Assembly (NCBI GenBank): GCA_048939765.1 | Contig: JBHLPF010000018.1 | Coordinates: forward strand, 1 to 64,000 | DNA from: Promethearchaeota archaeon | GTDB lineage: Archaea; Asgardarchaeota; Thorarchaeia; Thorarchaeales; Thorarchaeaceae | Length of the DNA stretch: 64,000 nt | Reading direction: 5' to 3' | In this document: positions 17,701 to 27,833 of the stretch, piece after piece | Numbering within the stretch: the stretch's first letter is position 1 | Layout of the letters: each line of letters starts with the position of its first letter | Position numbers and translations under genes: made by a program | Notes under the pieces: generated by a model | Seen by the model: the letters and a program-made list of their open reading frames with translations, nothing else | Database searches by the model: none | What the model was told of the DNA's origin: nothing

Positions 17701-20412
17701 TTACACTCCCTGCTGATTCTTGGTGGATTTCAAAGGACGCTCAATTCTAGCAATTTGGCTGTCGACTTCCACGGTGATATCAGTTTCTCCTGCGACCTCA
17801 GCAATTCTACGAACGGCCTTAAGACTGTGAATCAAGGAGTCAAGCCAAGAGAAAATATCGCCAGGGTAAACCCACAGCTCGAAATCCTTTCTTAATAGAC
17901 GAGCAATCCCGGACGGATTCAATCCACCCTTCCTCTCATCCACTATCCATCGACCAAATGCAATCTTGCCATGATCACATTCAGGATATTCTTTGCACTT
18001 GCAATTGAAGAATTGGCTTATCCATCGTGAGAATACATCAAACACCCATTTCGGCAACCTTCCAGCCGCGCCATGACTTCCACTAAGACTCGTGACATCA
18101 GAGAAAATGCCCGAGAATAACCTAGTCGGCATGAAGGTTCTGAATGCTGCGTTAACTTCAGCTTGGAGCTTGTTTGTGAGATATACATTCTCAAAAGGCT
18201 CTAGCGAGATGGCCATCTCCAGCACATCATATCGACCAGCCATTTTCTGAATGTCATAACCTTGGCTCGGAGTCAGGAATGAAAGCGAAGTGGCTCTTCC
18301 TAGTTTGGTGGGATGTGCGCCACCCTGCCCAATTCGAATCATATGGGTCTTAACTAGGTGCTTTAGAGCATCTGAGGGTGGAACTGATGAGGAGAGCATC
18401 TTCAAATAAGAACGTGCAATTTCCTTCAAATCAACAAGCCCGGTTGAACAAATCGTAGCAAGAATCTGCTCTGCACACATTTCAGTATCCGCAAATGGTT
18501 CCACAGCCTCAATATCTCCATTAAGCAGTTTGGCCGCGATTTCATCCTCATACCCATCGAGGCCTGCATGGTATTTCTTTTCTGGCTGAACGATGAGGTA
18601 TACACGGCCGCGGTCATGTTTGCCTAGACGGCCTGCACGACCGAGCATCTGCTCGAACTCAGCTGTCGAGAGCCATTCTGCACCCATCGCCAATGATTCA
18701 AAAATCACTTGTGAGGCAGGTAAGTCGACTCCAGCACCAAGTGCGGCAGTAGTCACAACACATGCATACCTCTGCTTGGCGTAAGCTCTCTCAATCCTTC
18801 GTCTGTGTGAATACGATAATCCACCATGATAGATCGTGCTTGATACCCCGTGCTCGTGCAGCCAATCACTTAGAGAATGGGCTCTTCTTCTAGAATAAGT
18901 GAATATGATAGACTGGCCTTTATTGCCCATACTGCTCTTATGCCTAAACTCTTCTTTCACCAGCCGCTGGATGATTCTGCGTTTATCATCATCACTTCTC
19001 GAAAAGACTACATGTCGTTCAAGAGGAACGGGACGACCAGTATAATTCACGAAACGCAAACCAAGCTCTTTGCCAAGTTGGTTCGGCTCGCCCACAGTAG
19101 CAGATAATGCAAGTATCTGAGCCTTCGGAGCATGAAATCTCAGTCTTGAAATGAGCCCATCAAGCTCTGGACCTCTTTCAGGGTCTCCAAGCATTTGAAT
19201 TTCATCAACTACAACTGTTCCAATTTGACCTAGCTTCCCAGTATCTCCTGATCTGAAAAGCAGGTCGAGAGCCTCATACGTGGCACAAATGATGTCCGCT
19301 TTTGTGACATCGGTATCAACGATTACACGCTCTTCTTTTCCGACATCAAGTCGAGACATGCCTACCCTAATACCGACGCGTACTCCAAGATTCTTGTAGC
19401 GTTTCCTGAATAGCTCGTATTTCTCATTGGTTAGAGCTACCAAGGGCGATAGGTAAATCATCTTCTTCTTCTGCAATGCTTTCGGAATCCCTGCTAGTTC
19501 GGCGAGGAGTGTCTTTCCAGAGGAGGTGGAAGAAACAATCAAGAGACTTTCCCCTTTCAGAAGGCCAGCATCAATTACTAGTTCCTGAACTGGCAAGAGT
19601 CGCTCTAAACCCTCAGATGTAATGACTTTGGCCAATTCAGGAGGAATGGGCAGTGAGTCAATCTTGCGACCCTCTCCAATTTCCTCACCAGAAATCTGAT
19701 CAAAGAGAGTCAGGTCAGTTTCTCTTGCAGGATCGAAGTTTGGTGAAAGCACCTCAAGTAACCTAGGTACTGACTTCACATTCGAGAGCTGTCTCTCAAG
19801 ATGCTGAATCATAACCTTCGACAAATTAACCCCCATACTCTTCAGGTCGGTTCGCAGATCTGTTCTGGCACAGGTCGCACAAGACACCTCAGTTTCAGAG
19901 ACCTTCACTGCGTTGCGGCGAGTCAGAATCGTGAGCCTATTGTCCCGCACACAGCTCTCGCAAACAGGAATGATACGAAGCTTGGATGCATCGAGCCGCT
20001 TTACCAAGGCTGTGAGGTCCTTCGTGAAGGCAGGCTTTTGAGAGCGGGGAACGATTATGTTCTTTGCTTTCCTGATAATCTCATGCGCTTCCTTTGGCTG
20101 GTAGTAAACAGGCTTGTTATACTTGACAAACCAGAACCGCTTGATTTCCAAAAGGCCCGATTCTTTGTAGCCATACTCAATCAATCCTGTAAGCTTAGCT
20201 CTTTGTCTATCCAATAGAACATCTGAGAACACCTCAAGTCGAGTAGTCATATCTTGCTTGCCAGCACGGAATAGAATGGTGTAGGGCTTAGCAAGCTGCT
20301 TCTGAATGTCCGCATCTGCTACTTCCAATTGGGAGTCCTCGAATCTATGGGTTGATGATGCATCAAAGACTCTTTCGGTGTAATCACGCTTCGAAAATGA
20401 ATGCTTGCTCAT
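17701..20412 (-). CDS. Archaea-specific SF2 Ski2-like helicase (COG1202/ASH-Ski2 type)
   Basis: SSTSSGKT, PLVAL, DEIQ, LSATVG, RPVPLERH, YHGGL, TTAALGAGVD.PAS and QMLGRAGR motifs. N-terminal CxxC pairs and C-terminal CKCKEYPECDHG. Confidence 0.9.
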   Translation of the reverse strand: MSKHSFSKRDYTERVFDASSTHRFEDSQLEVADADIQKQLAKPYTILFRAGKQDMTTRLEVFSDVLLDRQRAKLTGLIEYGYKESGLLEIKRFWFVKYNKPVYYQPKEAHEIIRKAKNIIVPRSQKPAFTKDLTALVKRLDASKLRIIPVCESCVRDNRLTILTRRNAVKVSETEVSCATCARTDLRTDLKSMGVNLSKVMIQHLERQLSNVKSVPRLLEVLSPNFDPARETDLTLFDQISGEEIGEGRKIDSLPIPPELAKVITSEGLERLLPVQELVIDAGLLKGESLLIVSSTSSGKTLLAELAGIPKALQKKKMIYLSPLVALTNEKYELFRKRYKNLGVRVGIRVGMSRLDVGKEERVIVDTDVTKADIICATYEALDLLFRSGDTGKLGQIGTVVVDEIQMLGDPERGPELDGLISRLRFHAPKAQILALSATVGEPNQLGKELGLRFVNYTGRPVPLERHVVFSRSDDDKRRIIQRLVKEEFRHKSSMGNKGQSIIFTYSRRRAHSLSDWLHEHGVSSTIYHGGLSYSHRRRIERAYAKQRYACVVTTAALGAGVDLPASQVIFESLAMGAEWLSTAEFEQMLGRAGRLGKHDRGRVYLIVQPEKKYHAGLDGYEDEIAAKLLNGDIEAVEPFADTEMCAEQILATICSTGLVDLKEIARSYLKMLSSSVPPSDALKHLVKTHMIRIGQGGAHPTKLGRATSLSFLTPSQGYDIQKMAGRYDVLEMAISLEPFENVYLTNKLQAEVNAAFRTFMPTRLFSGIFSDVTSLSGSHGAAGRLPKWVFDVFSRWISQFFNCKCKEYPECDHGKIAFGRWIVDERKGGLNPSGIARLLRKDFELWVYPGDIFSWLDSLIHSLKAVRRIAEVAGETDITVEVDSQIARIERPLKSTKNQQGV

Positions 20413-21154
20413 TCTCCTTCACTTGCAGAAAGGTTGCGTCGTACTCATCTCTTATCGCTTCGATCCCTGTTTTACTATCGATACCCGCTTTCTCAACAAT
20501 CATCCAATCAGACATGATCTCGATGTCAACAAAGCTGCTGAACTTCAGAAATGGTGTTGCCATTACTTTTAGACGATCGGCCTGGATATAGCCTCGCTTC
20601 TGGAAAGAATCTGCAAAGGGTCTATACATCGGGCTATTGGTGCCAGCCAGGATGAACCTGGCCCGCTGTACACCAGAAACATGCGAAACATCGATTTTTC
20701 GTATCATTTCATCATAATGTGCTGTCTGAGGAACGCTCCCTCTCTGCTCAACCTTGGCGAGAAGGTCTGCGGCCATGACATTTCCCTTCTCAACAACAAG
20801 TTTGCGTATGATAGTAACTATCTCCTCCCGTTTCTTGGCTCCAAGAGGGTCAATGACTTCCGGATTGATGATATCAACTGTCGGTACGGGTTCGTCATAC
20901 CTCATCTGAGTTGGGTCAAAAATAAGAGCGCCAAGTTTCTCTACGACATCAACACGAATGTTACCGTTGACTGCAGTCCCTTTGAAAATTCCAGGCCCTA
21001 TCAACACAGACAGCACCTTGTCCTCACGAATCACAGACCATAGCTGACGGGAAACCATGAGAGCCTTCCCTTTCAGATCGGTGCCCTTTAGAACCCCGAC
21101 ATTGAAATCATAGGCCTCGACATCCAGAAGCCAGTACAACGCCTCATTAGTCAT
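20384..21154 (-). CDS. Hypothetical protein
   Basis: The ATG at 21154 overlaps the upstream stop (ATGA), and the 3' end overlaps the helicase start. Confidence 0.75.
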   Translation of the reverse strand: MTNEALYWLLDVEAYDFNVGVLKGTDLKGKALMVSRQLWSVIREDKVLSVLIGPGIFKGTAVNGNIRVDVVEKLGALIFDPTQMRYDEPVPTVDIINPEVIDPLGAKKREEIVTIIRKLVVEKGNVMAADLLAKVEQRGSVPQTAHYDEMIRKIDVSHVSGVQRARFILAGTNSPMYRPFADSFQKRGYIQADRLKVMATPFLKFSSFVDIEIMSDWMIVEKAGIDSKTGIEAIRDEYDATFLQVKENEQAFIFEA

Positions 21155-22341
21155 GATGGTGGCATCTCCCCGTATGCGTAAATGGTGATGTAGTTGAGTA
21201 CCTGCTTGACAGCGACTTCCTCCTGCATGTCTACCGAAACATTGGCGAGCTCTGCTTGGCATTTTTCTACGATTTCGTCCATAGGGACAGCTTTCAGGTG
21301 TAATCGATCTTCAAGTTCCTTTAGCACATGCTCAACTCCTTCGGACACCGTGCTTCCCTGATGTTGCAGAAATCGAAGAACGCGTCCAATCCGGTCCCTC
21401 AAGAATTGATTCCGGTCTTCTGAGGGTCGCCTCTTGGCTAGAAGAGCATCTCGTTCCAAGAAGTCAAAAGGAGAACTGAGATCTGGTTCAGCTTTGTTGC
21501 CCCTAGTCGATGCCGCACTCACAGCGACATAGGCAGACTTGTCGCCTCTACCGATTTTTCTTGGCGCGATATGCACCAGAAGATGTGCAGCTGCTTTGAC
21601 AGACATCTGATTGAGCGGTTTTCCCAACGCCTCAACCAATTCATTCAACCTCTTTGTCCAGAGATCGACTGTGGCAGACTCTGAGGTGTCTGAAGAGAGA
21701 ATCACACCAAGCTTCCTGAAGAATGCTTGACTACGTCTTTGTAGATGTGACAGTTTTCCTTTGAGCGTGCTCTTTTTCCATTTTGTAAGGGCGGGACCAA
21801 CCAGCATCAACATATCTTCACTGGTGGACTTCTTATGTTCGCTCAGCCATGCCTCCACAAGAGGAGCGACGAATGTTTCAGCTACCTTGCTACGCGACAA
21901 TATGAGCGCAACTGCTTTTTCCACCGCAGGTGATTCCTCTTCTAAGAATCCCTCTGCATTTGCCAACTCCCGAACTCTTACTTCCATTTCCCTGATGAAC
22001 TTGCCATAGATATACTCGATCCATCGTCCTTCCGCAAGGGCAAACTCCATAACATTTCCAGGCAGGTTGGGAACTTCCTCACCAACAGCTGCAAGCCGCT
22101 CAAGCTCTGCTGAGAATAGATTCACAGCTTCTCTTGCACCTAAAATGCCATCCATGTCGATGAGATAGGCAAGAGTTGCTATCTGAAAAGGACAGGACAG
22201 ATTGTCTGCAAGTTGCTGAGCCTCGCTTGTGGGGATCCTACGTGACCGCTCACGAAGATCCGCATGAGTCTCTGCAAACTCCTGAACCAATCTCTGGCGT
22301 GATTCTACTGCAAGTTTCTCGAGATCAGGATCTTGTAGCAA
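21151..22341 (-). CDS. Hypothetical alpha-helical protein
   Basis: 396-aa ORF with GAGGAG SD before TTG. First gene of an overlapping trio that ends in the helicase. Confidence 0.8.
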   Translation of the reverse strand: MLQDPDLEKLAVESRQRLVQEFAETHADLRERSRRIPTSEAQQLADNLSCPFQIATLAYLIDMDGILGAREAVNLFSAELERLAAVGEEVPNLPGNVMEFALAEGRWIEYIYGKFIREMEVRVRELANAEGFLEEESPAVEKAVALILSRSKVAETFVAPLVEAWLSEHKKSTSEDMLMLVGPALTKWKKSTLKGKLSHLQRRSQAFFRKLGVILSSDTSESATVDLWTKRLNELVEALGKPLNQMSVKAAAHLLVHIAPRKIGRGDKSAYVAVSAASTRGNKAEPDLSSPFDFLERDALLAKRRPSEDRNQFLRDRIGRVLRFLQHQGSTVSEGVEHVLKELEDRLHLKAVPMDEIVEKCQAELANVSVDMQEEVAVKQVLNYITIYAYGEMPPS

Positions 22342-22489
22342 TTGAGAACTCCTCTATCAGGCGATTTGCATGGTTAGGTGGATGGTCTAACAGTGAGAAC
22401 TCAGGAAGAGGCCAAATATGTGTTATGCGGACCAATAGATTCTCAAATAGCGAATGAAATCATACGCATCGAAACGTCTAATCGATGGA

Positions 22490-22690
22490 CTAAAGCCCAG
22501 AGGCTATTAGGAAGAAATGAAGACCAAACCCTATCAGAATTGCGCCCAAAATTAGTGCAAGTGCAATTTTAAAGGTCGAACGGTGTCGGCTGTGTTCCAC
22601 GTGTACGACAAGCCAACCGAAAGCGAAGACCCCGAAGATGATGAGTATCAAGGAAACCATGAGTAGATTTGATAGTGCAGCCTGCAGCAT
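22490..22690 (-). CDS. Small two-TM membrane protein
   Basis: Two hydrophobic helices separated by HVEHSRH. Confidence 0.65.
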   Translation of the reverse strand: MLQAALSNLLMVSLILIIFGVFAFGWLVVHVEHSRHRSTFKIALALILGAILIGFGLHFFLIASGL

Positions 22691-22762
22691 TAGTCCGACC
22701 TCTCTCTGTACGTTTTCGCCTCCGCCGATGGGTGTGACAATAAAAAGGTCACGGTCAATCGC

Positions 22763-23545
22763 TCAAACAAGGAAGTCGACCTCGTTTACATGTTCCTCAT
22801 CATCGATAGTGACTTTTCGTATGATTTTGCCACGTTTCTTTGCGAGCCTCCTCTTCTCGGCGAAGGAAAGACCAGGATCATCAGGAGGTATGATATCCTC
22901 AATGACAATTGTATTGGCGACCGAGATCTTCTTGTTATTGGGACTTACCTGACCTTTGAAATCGGGTATGACTTCCCCAACTACATAATCTAGGATTTCT
23001 GGAGTATTTCCTAGAGCACCCTTAGTGAAGACAGGATCTTTCTCCTTCGCGCCTTCCTCCTCATCGTCATCTTCTCCTGGAGCTCCTCCTTTTGGAAATG
23101 AGGTCTTTGTGGTAAGCTTCCATGGCTTTGTGCCATCTCGTGGATTCAATGATACGAGGAAGAAAGTTGTAGGTCCATCAACATCAATCAAATCACGGAT
23201 ATGCTCGAGAGGCGCCACCTCATCTAGCTTGGCATTATATATGCTAGCCAGTTTTCCCTTAGAGCGTTTCCAGGACAAAGGCATCATTATCTGGTCGAAT
23301 TCTGCAGTACGATCAGTGTAGCTTCTCACAATACCTTTGATTTTATGACTGCCTTCTGGTGCACCTTTTATGTACGCCCGCATGAATATTTTCTCGTAAT
23401 CAAGGTCGGCCTTGAATGTTATCCTGCCCTTGCTCAATGCAATCTTTGCACGAGGGCCAGGATGAGTCCCAATTCCATATTTGACAAGCTTTGCGTGGGA
23501 GTACTCATCAGCCGTTCCAGAGATTAGCTTCGCCAACCAATTCAT
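22763..23545 (-). CDS. Conserved archaeal hypothetical protein
   Basis: 260-aa ORF with H..LVKYG.G and a basic C-terminal AKKRGKIIR. Confidence 0.75.
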   Translation of the reverse strand: MNWLAKLISGTADEYSHAKLVKYGIGTHPGPRAKIALSKGRITFKADLDYEKIFMRAYIKGAPEGSHKIKGIVRSYTDRTAEFDQIMMPLSWKRSKGKLASIYNAKLDEVAPLEHIRDLIDVDGPTTFFLVSLNPRDGTKPWKLTTKTSFPKGGAPGEDDDEEEGAKEKDPVFTKGALGNTPEILDYVVGEVIPDFKGQVSPNNKKISVANTIVIEDIIPPDDPGLSFAEKRRLAKKRGKIIRKVTIDDEEHVNEVDFLV

Positions 23546-23618
23546 CCTTCGTCACGAATTGGTGGTGGGCGGTTCTCTCGATTTAAACCTGCCGTGAATT
23601 TGTCAATTGTACCACCAA

Positions 23619-25433
23619 TCAGAAGAGAACAAGCCCGAATATACCCCAGAGCCATACAACAAGGATTGTGATGATTAGAACAGCCATTAAGTCTACCACT
23701 AGACCTGCAGTAATCATCTCTCTCATCTCCACCTTTCCAGTACTGTAAGCAATTGTGGACGGAGGCGTTCCTGTCGGAAGGGCGAAGTCCATTGATACTG
23801 CGATTGCGATGATCATTGTAATCAGGATTGGGTCAATCTCCAATCCCGTGGCCAAGGGTATAGCTATTGGAATGAGAATCACTGCCGCTCCAGTGTTTGA
23901 TGCGACCATTGTCACAAGCACTGCTATGCCGCCTACAGTGACTATAACCAGTGTCGGGGGCAAAACCAGAAGGCCACTCATCTGACTAGCAAGAAATGTC
24001 GATAGGCCTGTATCTATCATAGCGCCTCCCAACGCAATGCCGCTTCCCAATATCATCAATGACCCCCAGTTGATCTCAGATGAAACATCTTTCTCATCCA
24101 AGAGGCGAAGAATGAGTAGCGATAGACCGCCTATTAGAGCAACTATTGAACTGTGGATGCCATGTCCGCCCCATCCGATAAAAGATGCCACAAAGTCAGG
24201 AATCTTCTCTGTGAGCCATAGAGTGACAACACTGGCAAATACCACAACGACTAGCTTTTGTTGTGTTGATAGAGGGCCGAGTTTGAGATACTCCTTGAGT
24301 GAAACATCCTTCAAATCAAGAATCTCGTCAATAGCCCTCGGTACTTTGAATCTGAAGAGTATCCATTGCCATATGAGCGGAAGCATGATGAGAACAACAG
24401 GCACTCCAAAGGGTAGCCAGCTCATGAATGAGAACTCAACGCCCAGAAAAGACGTGATGTACGTAGCTGCAAGTGGATTTGGTGGAGACCCCACTAGACT
24501 TGCCACGCCTCCGAGCGTGGCAGAATATGCTACTCCTAGGACCAGCGCTTTCCCGTATTTCTCTTGAACTTCCATGTTCCGAATTCGAGATATGACTGCG
24601 AGTGCTATTGGAATCATGATTGCGGCTGAAGCGGTGTTGCTTATCCACATGGATAGGAAGGCAGTTATAGCCATGACTGTAAAGAGCAATCCGGAGCCTG
24701 TGCCCTCTCCTTTTGAAAGGATGAGAAGAGCCAGTCGCTTGTCCAGTTCATACTTCGTCAGAGCTCTGCCTATCAAGAAACCTCCAAAGATAAGTGCCAC
24801 AGCTGGATCAAAGAAAGGTGCAAGAGCAGCACTAGGTGTACGTATATCAGATAGAACGATTAGGATAGGGATTAGTAGAGAGGTTGCTATAAGACTGATG
24901 CCCTCAGTGAACCATAGTATCGCAACAACTCCCAGAATCATTACAGCATTTTGCGATCGAACAAGTGGTTGATATTCAAGATGGAATACTTGACCAGATT
25001 GCCGTGAACACCTCACAGTTTCAATGAAACCCTCATTATTGGACAAGACCAGATGAATCATGTGGGCATTTATTGGACTGCCCTCAGCCTCAACTACCAC
25101 GGACAGCTTGCTCGTAGGTGCGATTGGGATCTGTGTGGTCACAGATACTGACAGATTCGTATAAGCACCTGTCACGAAATAGGTGGAGTCGGAGGTGTCA
25201 CCATCCAAGGTAAATGAAACATTAAACGTGTACTCGACTCTATCTTCAGGAGCATCCACAACTAGAAGTACATCGTAATCACCGGGTTGAATCTCAGAGG
25301 GGGCTGCAAAGAACAGAGCTGCACCAACGATTGCAGCCACAAAGAGAATGATGGCAGTCTTCCTCGAAATCGTGTAGGACATAGTGAGCCTCCAGATACT
25401 CCTAGAATCACTCCGGTTTCCAAGATCAGTCAA
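23619..25433 (-). CDS. DASS/SLC13 family Na+:di-/tricarboxylate or sulfate symporter with an N-terminal extracellular insert
   Basis: ILWFTE, SMWISNTA, GSPPN, SNTGA and LPTGTPP motifs. Confidence 0.92.
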   Translation of the reverse strand: MTDLGNRSDSRSIWRLTMSYTISRKTAIILFVAAIVGAALFFAAPSEIQPGDYDVLLVVDAPEDRVEYTFNVSFTLDGDTSDSTYFVTGAYTNLSVSVTTQIPIAPTSKLSVVVEAEGSPINAHMIHLVLSNNEGFIETVRCSRQSGQVFHLEYQPLVRSQNAVMILGVVAILWFTEGISLIATSLLIPILIVLSDIRTPSAALAPFFDPAVALIFGGFLIGRALTKYELDKRLALLILSKGEGTGSGLLFTVMAITAFLSMWISNTASAAIMIPIALAVISRIRNMEVQEKYGKALVLGVAYSATLGGVASLVGSPPNPLAATYITSFLGVEFSFMSWLPFGVPVVLIMLPLIWQWILFRFKVPRAIDEILDLKDVSLKEYLKLGPLSTQQKLVVVVFASVVTLWLTEKIPDFVASFIGWGGHGIHSSIVALIGGLSLLILRLLDEKDVSSEINWGSLMILGSGIALGGAMIDTGLSTFLASQMSGLLVLPPTLVIVTVGGIAVLVTMVASNTGAAVILIPIAIPLATGLEIDPILITMIIAIAVSMDFALPTGTPPSTIAYSTGKVEMREMITAGLVVDLMAVLIITILVVWLWGIFGLVLF

Positions 25434-25803
25434 TAGGTCGGCTTTCCAAAATCCTCTGGAATTTGTCAGTGGGCAAAGCTAGGCCCTTGCTCCCAATGAT
25501 GGTCTTTGTCTTTTCAACAACATCTCCGGTGTGGCGCCTGAGGATGGACATCAACTCCTCGAACTTGTTGATTGGCCCTTCATATACAGTGAATCCTGTA
25601 TACTCCGTTCCAAATGCGTGACCAGCTTCAGTGACTATCTTGATTCCTTGAGGAAGCTTGCTACGGATATCTGCCCATCTTCTAAACCAGTCTTTCTTCT
25701 CTTCATCACTCATTGTCTTGAGTCTGTAGAATGAGAGATAGACGAATTCTGGTGAGCCTCGCTCCTCCGGGATTTTTCCGACGCCCATGGCTGATGTACA
25801 CAA
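25426..25803 (-). CDS. Hypothetical protein (possible dimeric alpha+beta barrel)
   Basis: Overlaps the DASS start; alternating beta/alpha pattern. Confidence 0.6.
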   Translation of the reverse strand: MCTSAMGVGKIPEERGSPEFVYLSFYRLKTMSDEEKKDWFRRWADIRSKLPQGIKIVTEAGHAFGTEYTGFTVYEGPINKFEELMSILRRHTGDVVEKTKTIIGSKGLALPTDKFQRILESRPID

Positions 25804-25858
25804 CTAGCTATCTTATAAGCTAGCTTCAGAAACATCCGGAATCAACGGAGGCACGAAC

Positions 25859-27079
25859 TTGGGCCTGAGAGCATCGGAACATCGACTGACCTTGATCGCA
25901 TTGTACCTCGTAACGATAATTATGCGCGCATCGTTCTATGTCACAATTGCCGTGATTCAGAGCCAATCATACTTGGGGGGCTTAACAGAATGGGATGTTG
26001 CAGCGGTGCTCATCGTATATCCTGTAACAGAATTAGCCACAGTTTCTTTCTTTGGATCATATAGCGACAAGATTGGAAGGAAGCCGATATTGATTGCTAG
26101 CCTCTTTATAACCGGAGCTGCTGCATTTCTGTTCTCGATAGCTCCAAGTGCCGCAGTTCTATTGCCATTCGCAGCAATCTTTGGGCTTGGTGCGGCTTCG
26201 CAAGTGACGACATCTCTCTCAATGATTGCTGATGCCTCTGCCGAAGATAACAGAGCGCGGCTTATGGGATACTATGACCTCTCAACGCTCATGGGACTTG
26301 CTGGAGGATATGGTCTGGGGATAATCCTCCTGCAGTTTGGCTACGAAGCAATGCTGATTCTATTGATGGCAGCTGCAGCAGCTACCGGAAGTGGAGTAAT
26401 CGGCTACTTCGCATTGCAAGAAACACGCAAGATCGTGCAGACCGAGGCTAAGATGACAGAGCTACTGAAAATGGTTGCTGCTGACAGAAGAATCCAGTTG
26501 ATGTTACCGGTCTATGTACCAATCATCTCTTTGTATGGTCTTCTCATTGCCAATGTTGAGAGAATCATTGAAGAGCATTTCTCATTGTCAAACACAGAGA
26601 TGTTGATTCTCTTTGGGATGCTCGCCGTTTCGCTTGTACTTGGAATCATCATCATGGGACATCTGTCTGACTATGTAAGAAAACGAAGGCCGTTCATCGT
26701 CACTGGATTGATTGGCTTCGGGGTTCTGGCCTATCTCCTTGTCGGAGGCGCGGGAGAGGGTGGAATTGCCAATCTCTGGGCAGTTTGGCCTCTCTTGCCA
26801 GCTTTTGGATTCATCGCAGGTGCATTCCCGCCGGCTGCGATGGCGTACTTGACTGACGTATCACATGAAGAGGCTAGAGGCAGCACCATGGGTGTGTATA
26901 GCATCTTCTTCGGGTCAGGAATGATCATTGGACCAGCCACAGGTGCCTATGCCTACTCAACATTCGGGCTAATGGGACTTGCACTTCTTGTAGCAGTTCT
27001 AATTGGAATTGCTTGCATTGGTACGTACTTCATGCCAGAAGCTTACGGTGTTGATGCTCATAGCGCCGACCAGCAATGA
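25859..27079 (+). CDS. MFS transporter
   Basis: GSYSDKIGRKP and GHLSD..RKRRP motif A repeats; 12 TM. Confidence 0.92.
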   Translation: MGLRASEHRLTLIALYLVTIIMRASFYVTIAVIQSQSYLGGLTEWDVAAVLIVYPVTELATVSFFGSYSDKIGRKPILIASLFITGAAAFLFSIAPSAAVLLPFAAIFGLGAASQVTTSLSMIADASAEDNRARLMGYYDLSTLMGLAGGYGLGIILLQFGYEAMLILLMAAAAATGSGVIGYFALQETRKIVQTEAKMTELLKMVAADRRIQLMLPVYVPIISLYGLLIANVERIIEEHFSLSNTEMLILFGMLAVSLVLGIIIMGHLSDYVRKRRPFIVTGLIGFGVLAYLLVGGAGEGGIANLWAVWPLLPAFGFIAGAFPPAAMAYLTDVSHEEARGSTMGVYSIFFGSGMIIGPATGAYAYSTFGLMGLALLVAVLIGIACIGTYFMPEAYGVDAHSADQQ

Positions 27080-27145
27080 TTGAGCAAGAGTTAATTAGAA
27101 GCCAGTATACACTTGGCCTAGTCACTCCTAACGGGGAGATTCAAC

Positions 27146-27766
27146 ATGGTCAGAATTACTACCATAAGCAACATTATGGCTGGTATCGGCATTGCCATTC
27201 TTGCCTTTTCAGCCATCCTCAAGTATCTGCTTGAGGGACTTGGTCAAACAGGTACTGCATATCCATTCTATGCATGGGTTGTTGGTGCAGTGCTTTTGGG
27301 AATTGTCATTCTTGCGAGTGCTGTGAACACGTTCACAGAACGCACAGGATTTGTTCATCCGGAAGACAAACTTGTAAGCAACATGTTTGTGTTCCTCATG
27401 GCTATTGCAACCATCCTCATATTAGGGCTACTTGACGAGGGCGTGATTTACCGGAGGAATCTGTTTGACATGGGAGCAATGATTGTCATTGCCTATATTT
27501 TCCTGTTCATATTCGTCTTCTTCAGTGGAGAGATAACAGAAGCCGGTGAAATGGGGCAGGTCAAGGAGATGACAGCTCGCTTCATGCTGGTTTCCCTGCT
27601 GCTTGGTGCGATAATGGCAGGTGTCAAGGTTGGTCTTGACATAATCTGGGACGCAACTAATTCATACGAATGGGCTGCAGGTTCTCTAGGCCTCTTTGCC
27701 TTGGTGCTGGTAGTACTTATCGTAGCGTTTCTTGGACGCAGGTATGAGCCAGTCGGCCAGGAGTAG
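27146..27766 (+). CDS. Six-TM membrane protein, unknown function
   Basis: Hydrophobicity pattern; GGGGAG SD. Confidence 0.8.
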   Translation: MVRITTISNIMAGIGIAILAFSAILKYLLEGLGQTGTAYPFYAWVVGAVLLGIVILASAVNTFTERTGFVHPEDKLVSNMFVFLMAIATILILGLLDEGVIYRRNLFDMGAMIVIAYIFLFIFVFFSGEITEAGEMGQVKEMTARFMLVSLLLGAIMAGVKVGLDIIWDATNSYEWAAGSLGLFALVLVVLIVAFLGRRYEPVGQE

Positions 27767-27775
27767 TTCTATAAC

Positions 27776-27797
27776 GGGATGGATTGGCCTCCATCCC
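27776..27797. terminator. Hairpin between convergent genes
   Basis: GGGATGGA-ttggcc-TCCATCCC followed by a pyrimidine/T-rich tract. Confidence 0.5.
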
Positions 27798-27833
27798 CTT
27801 CCTATGTTTTGAAACCTCAGTCATTTGTGCTGA

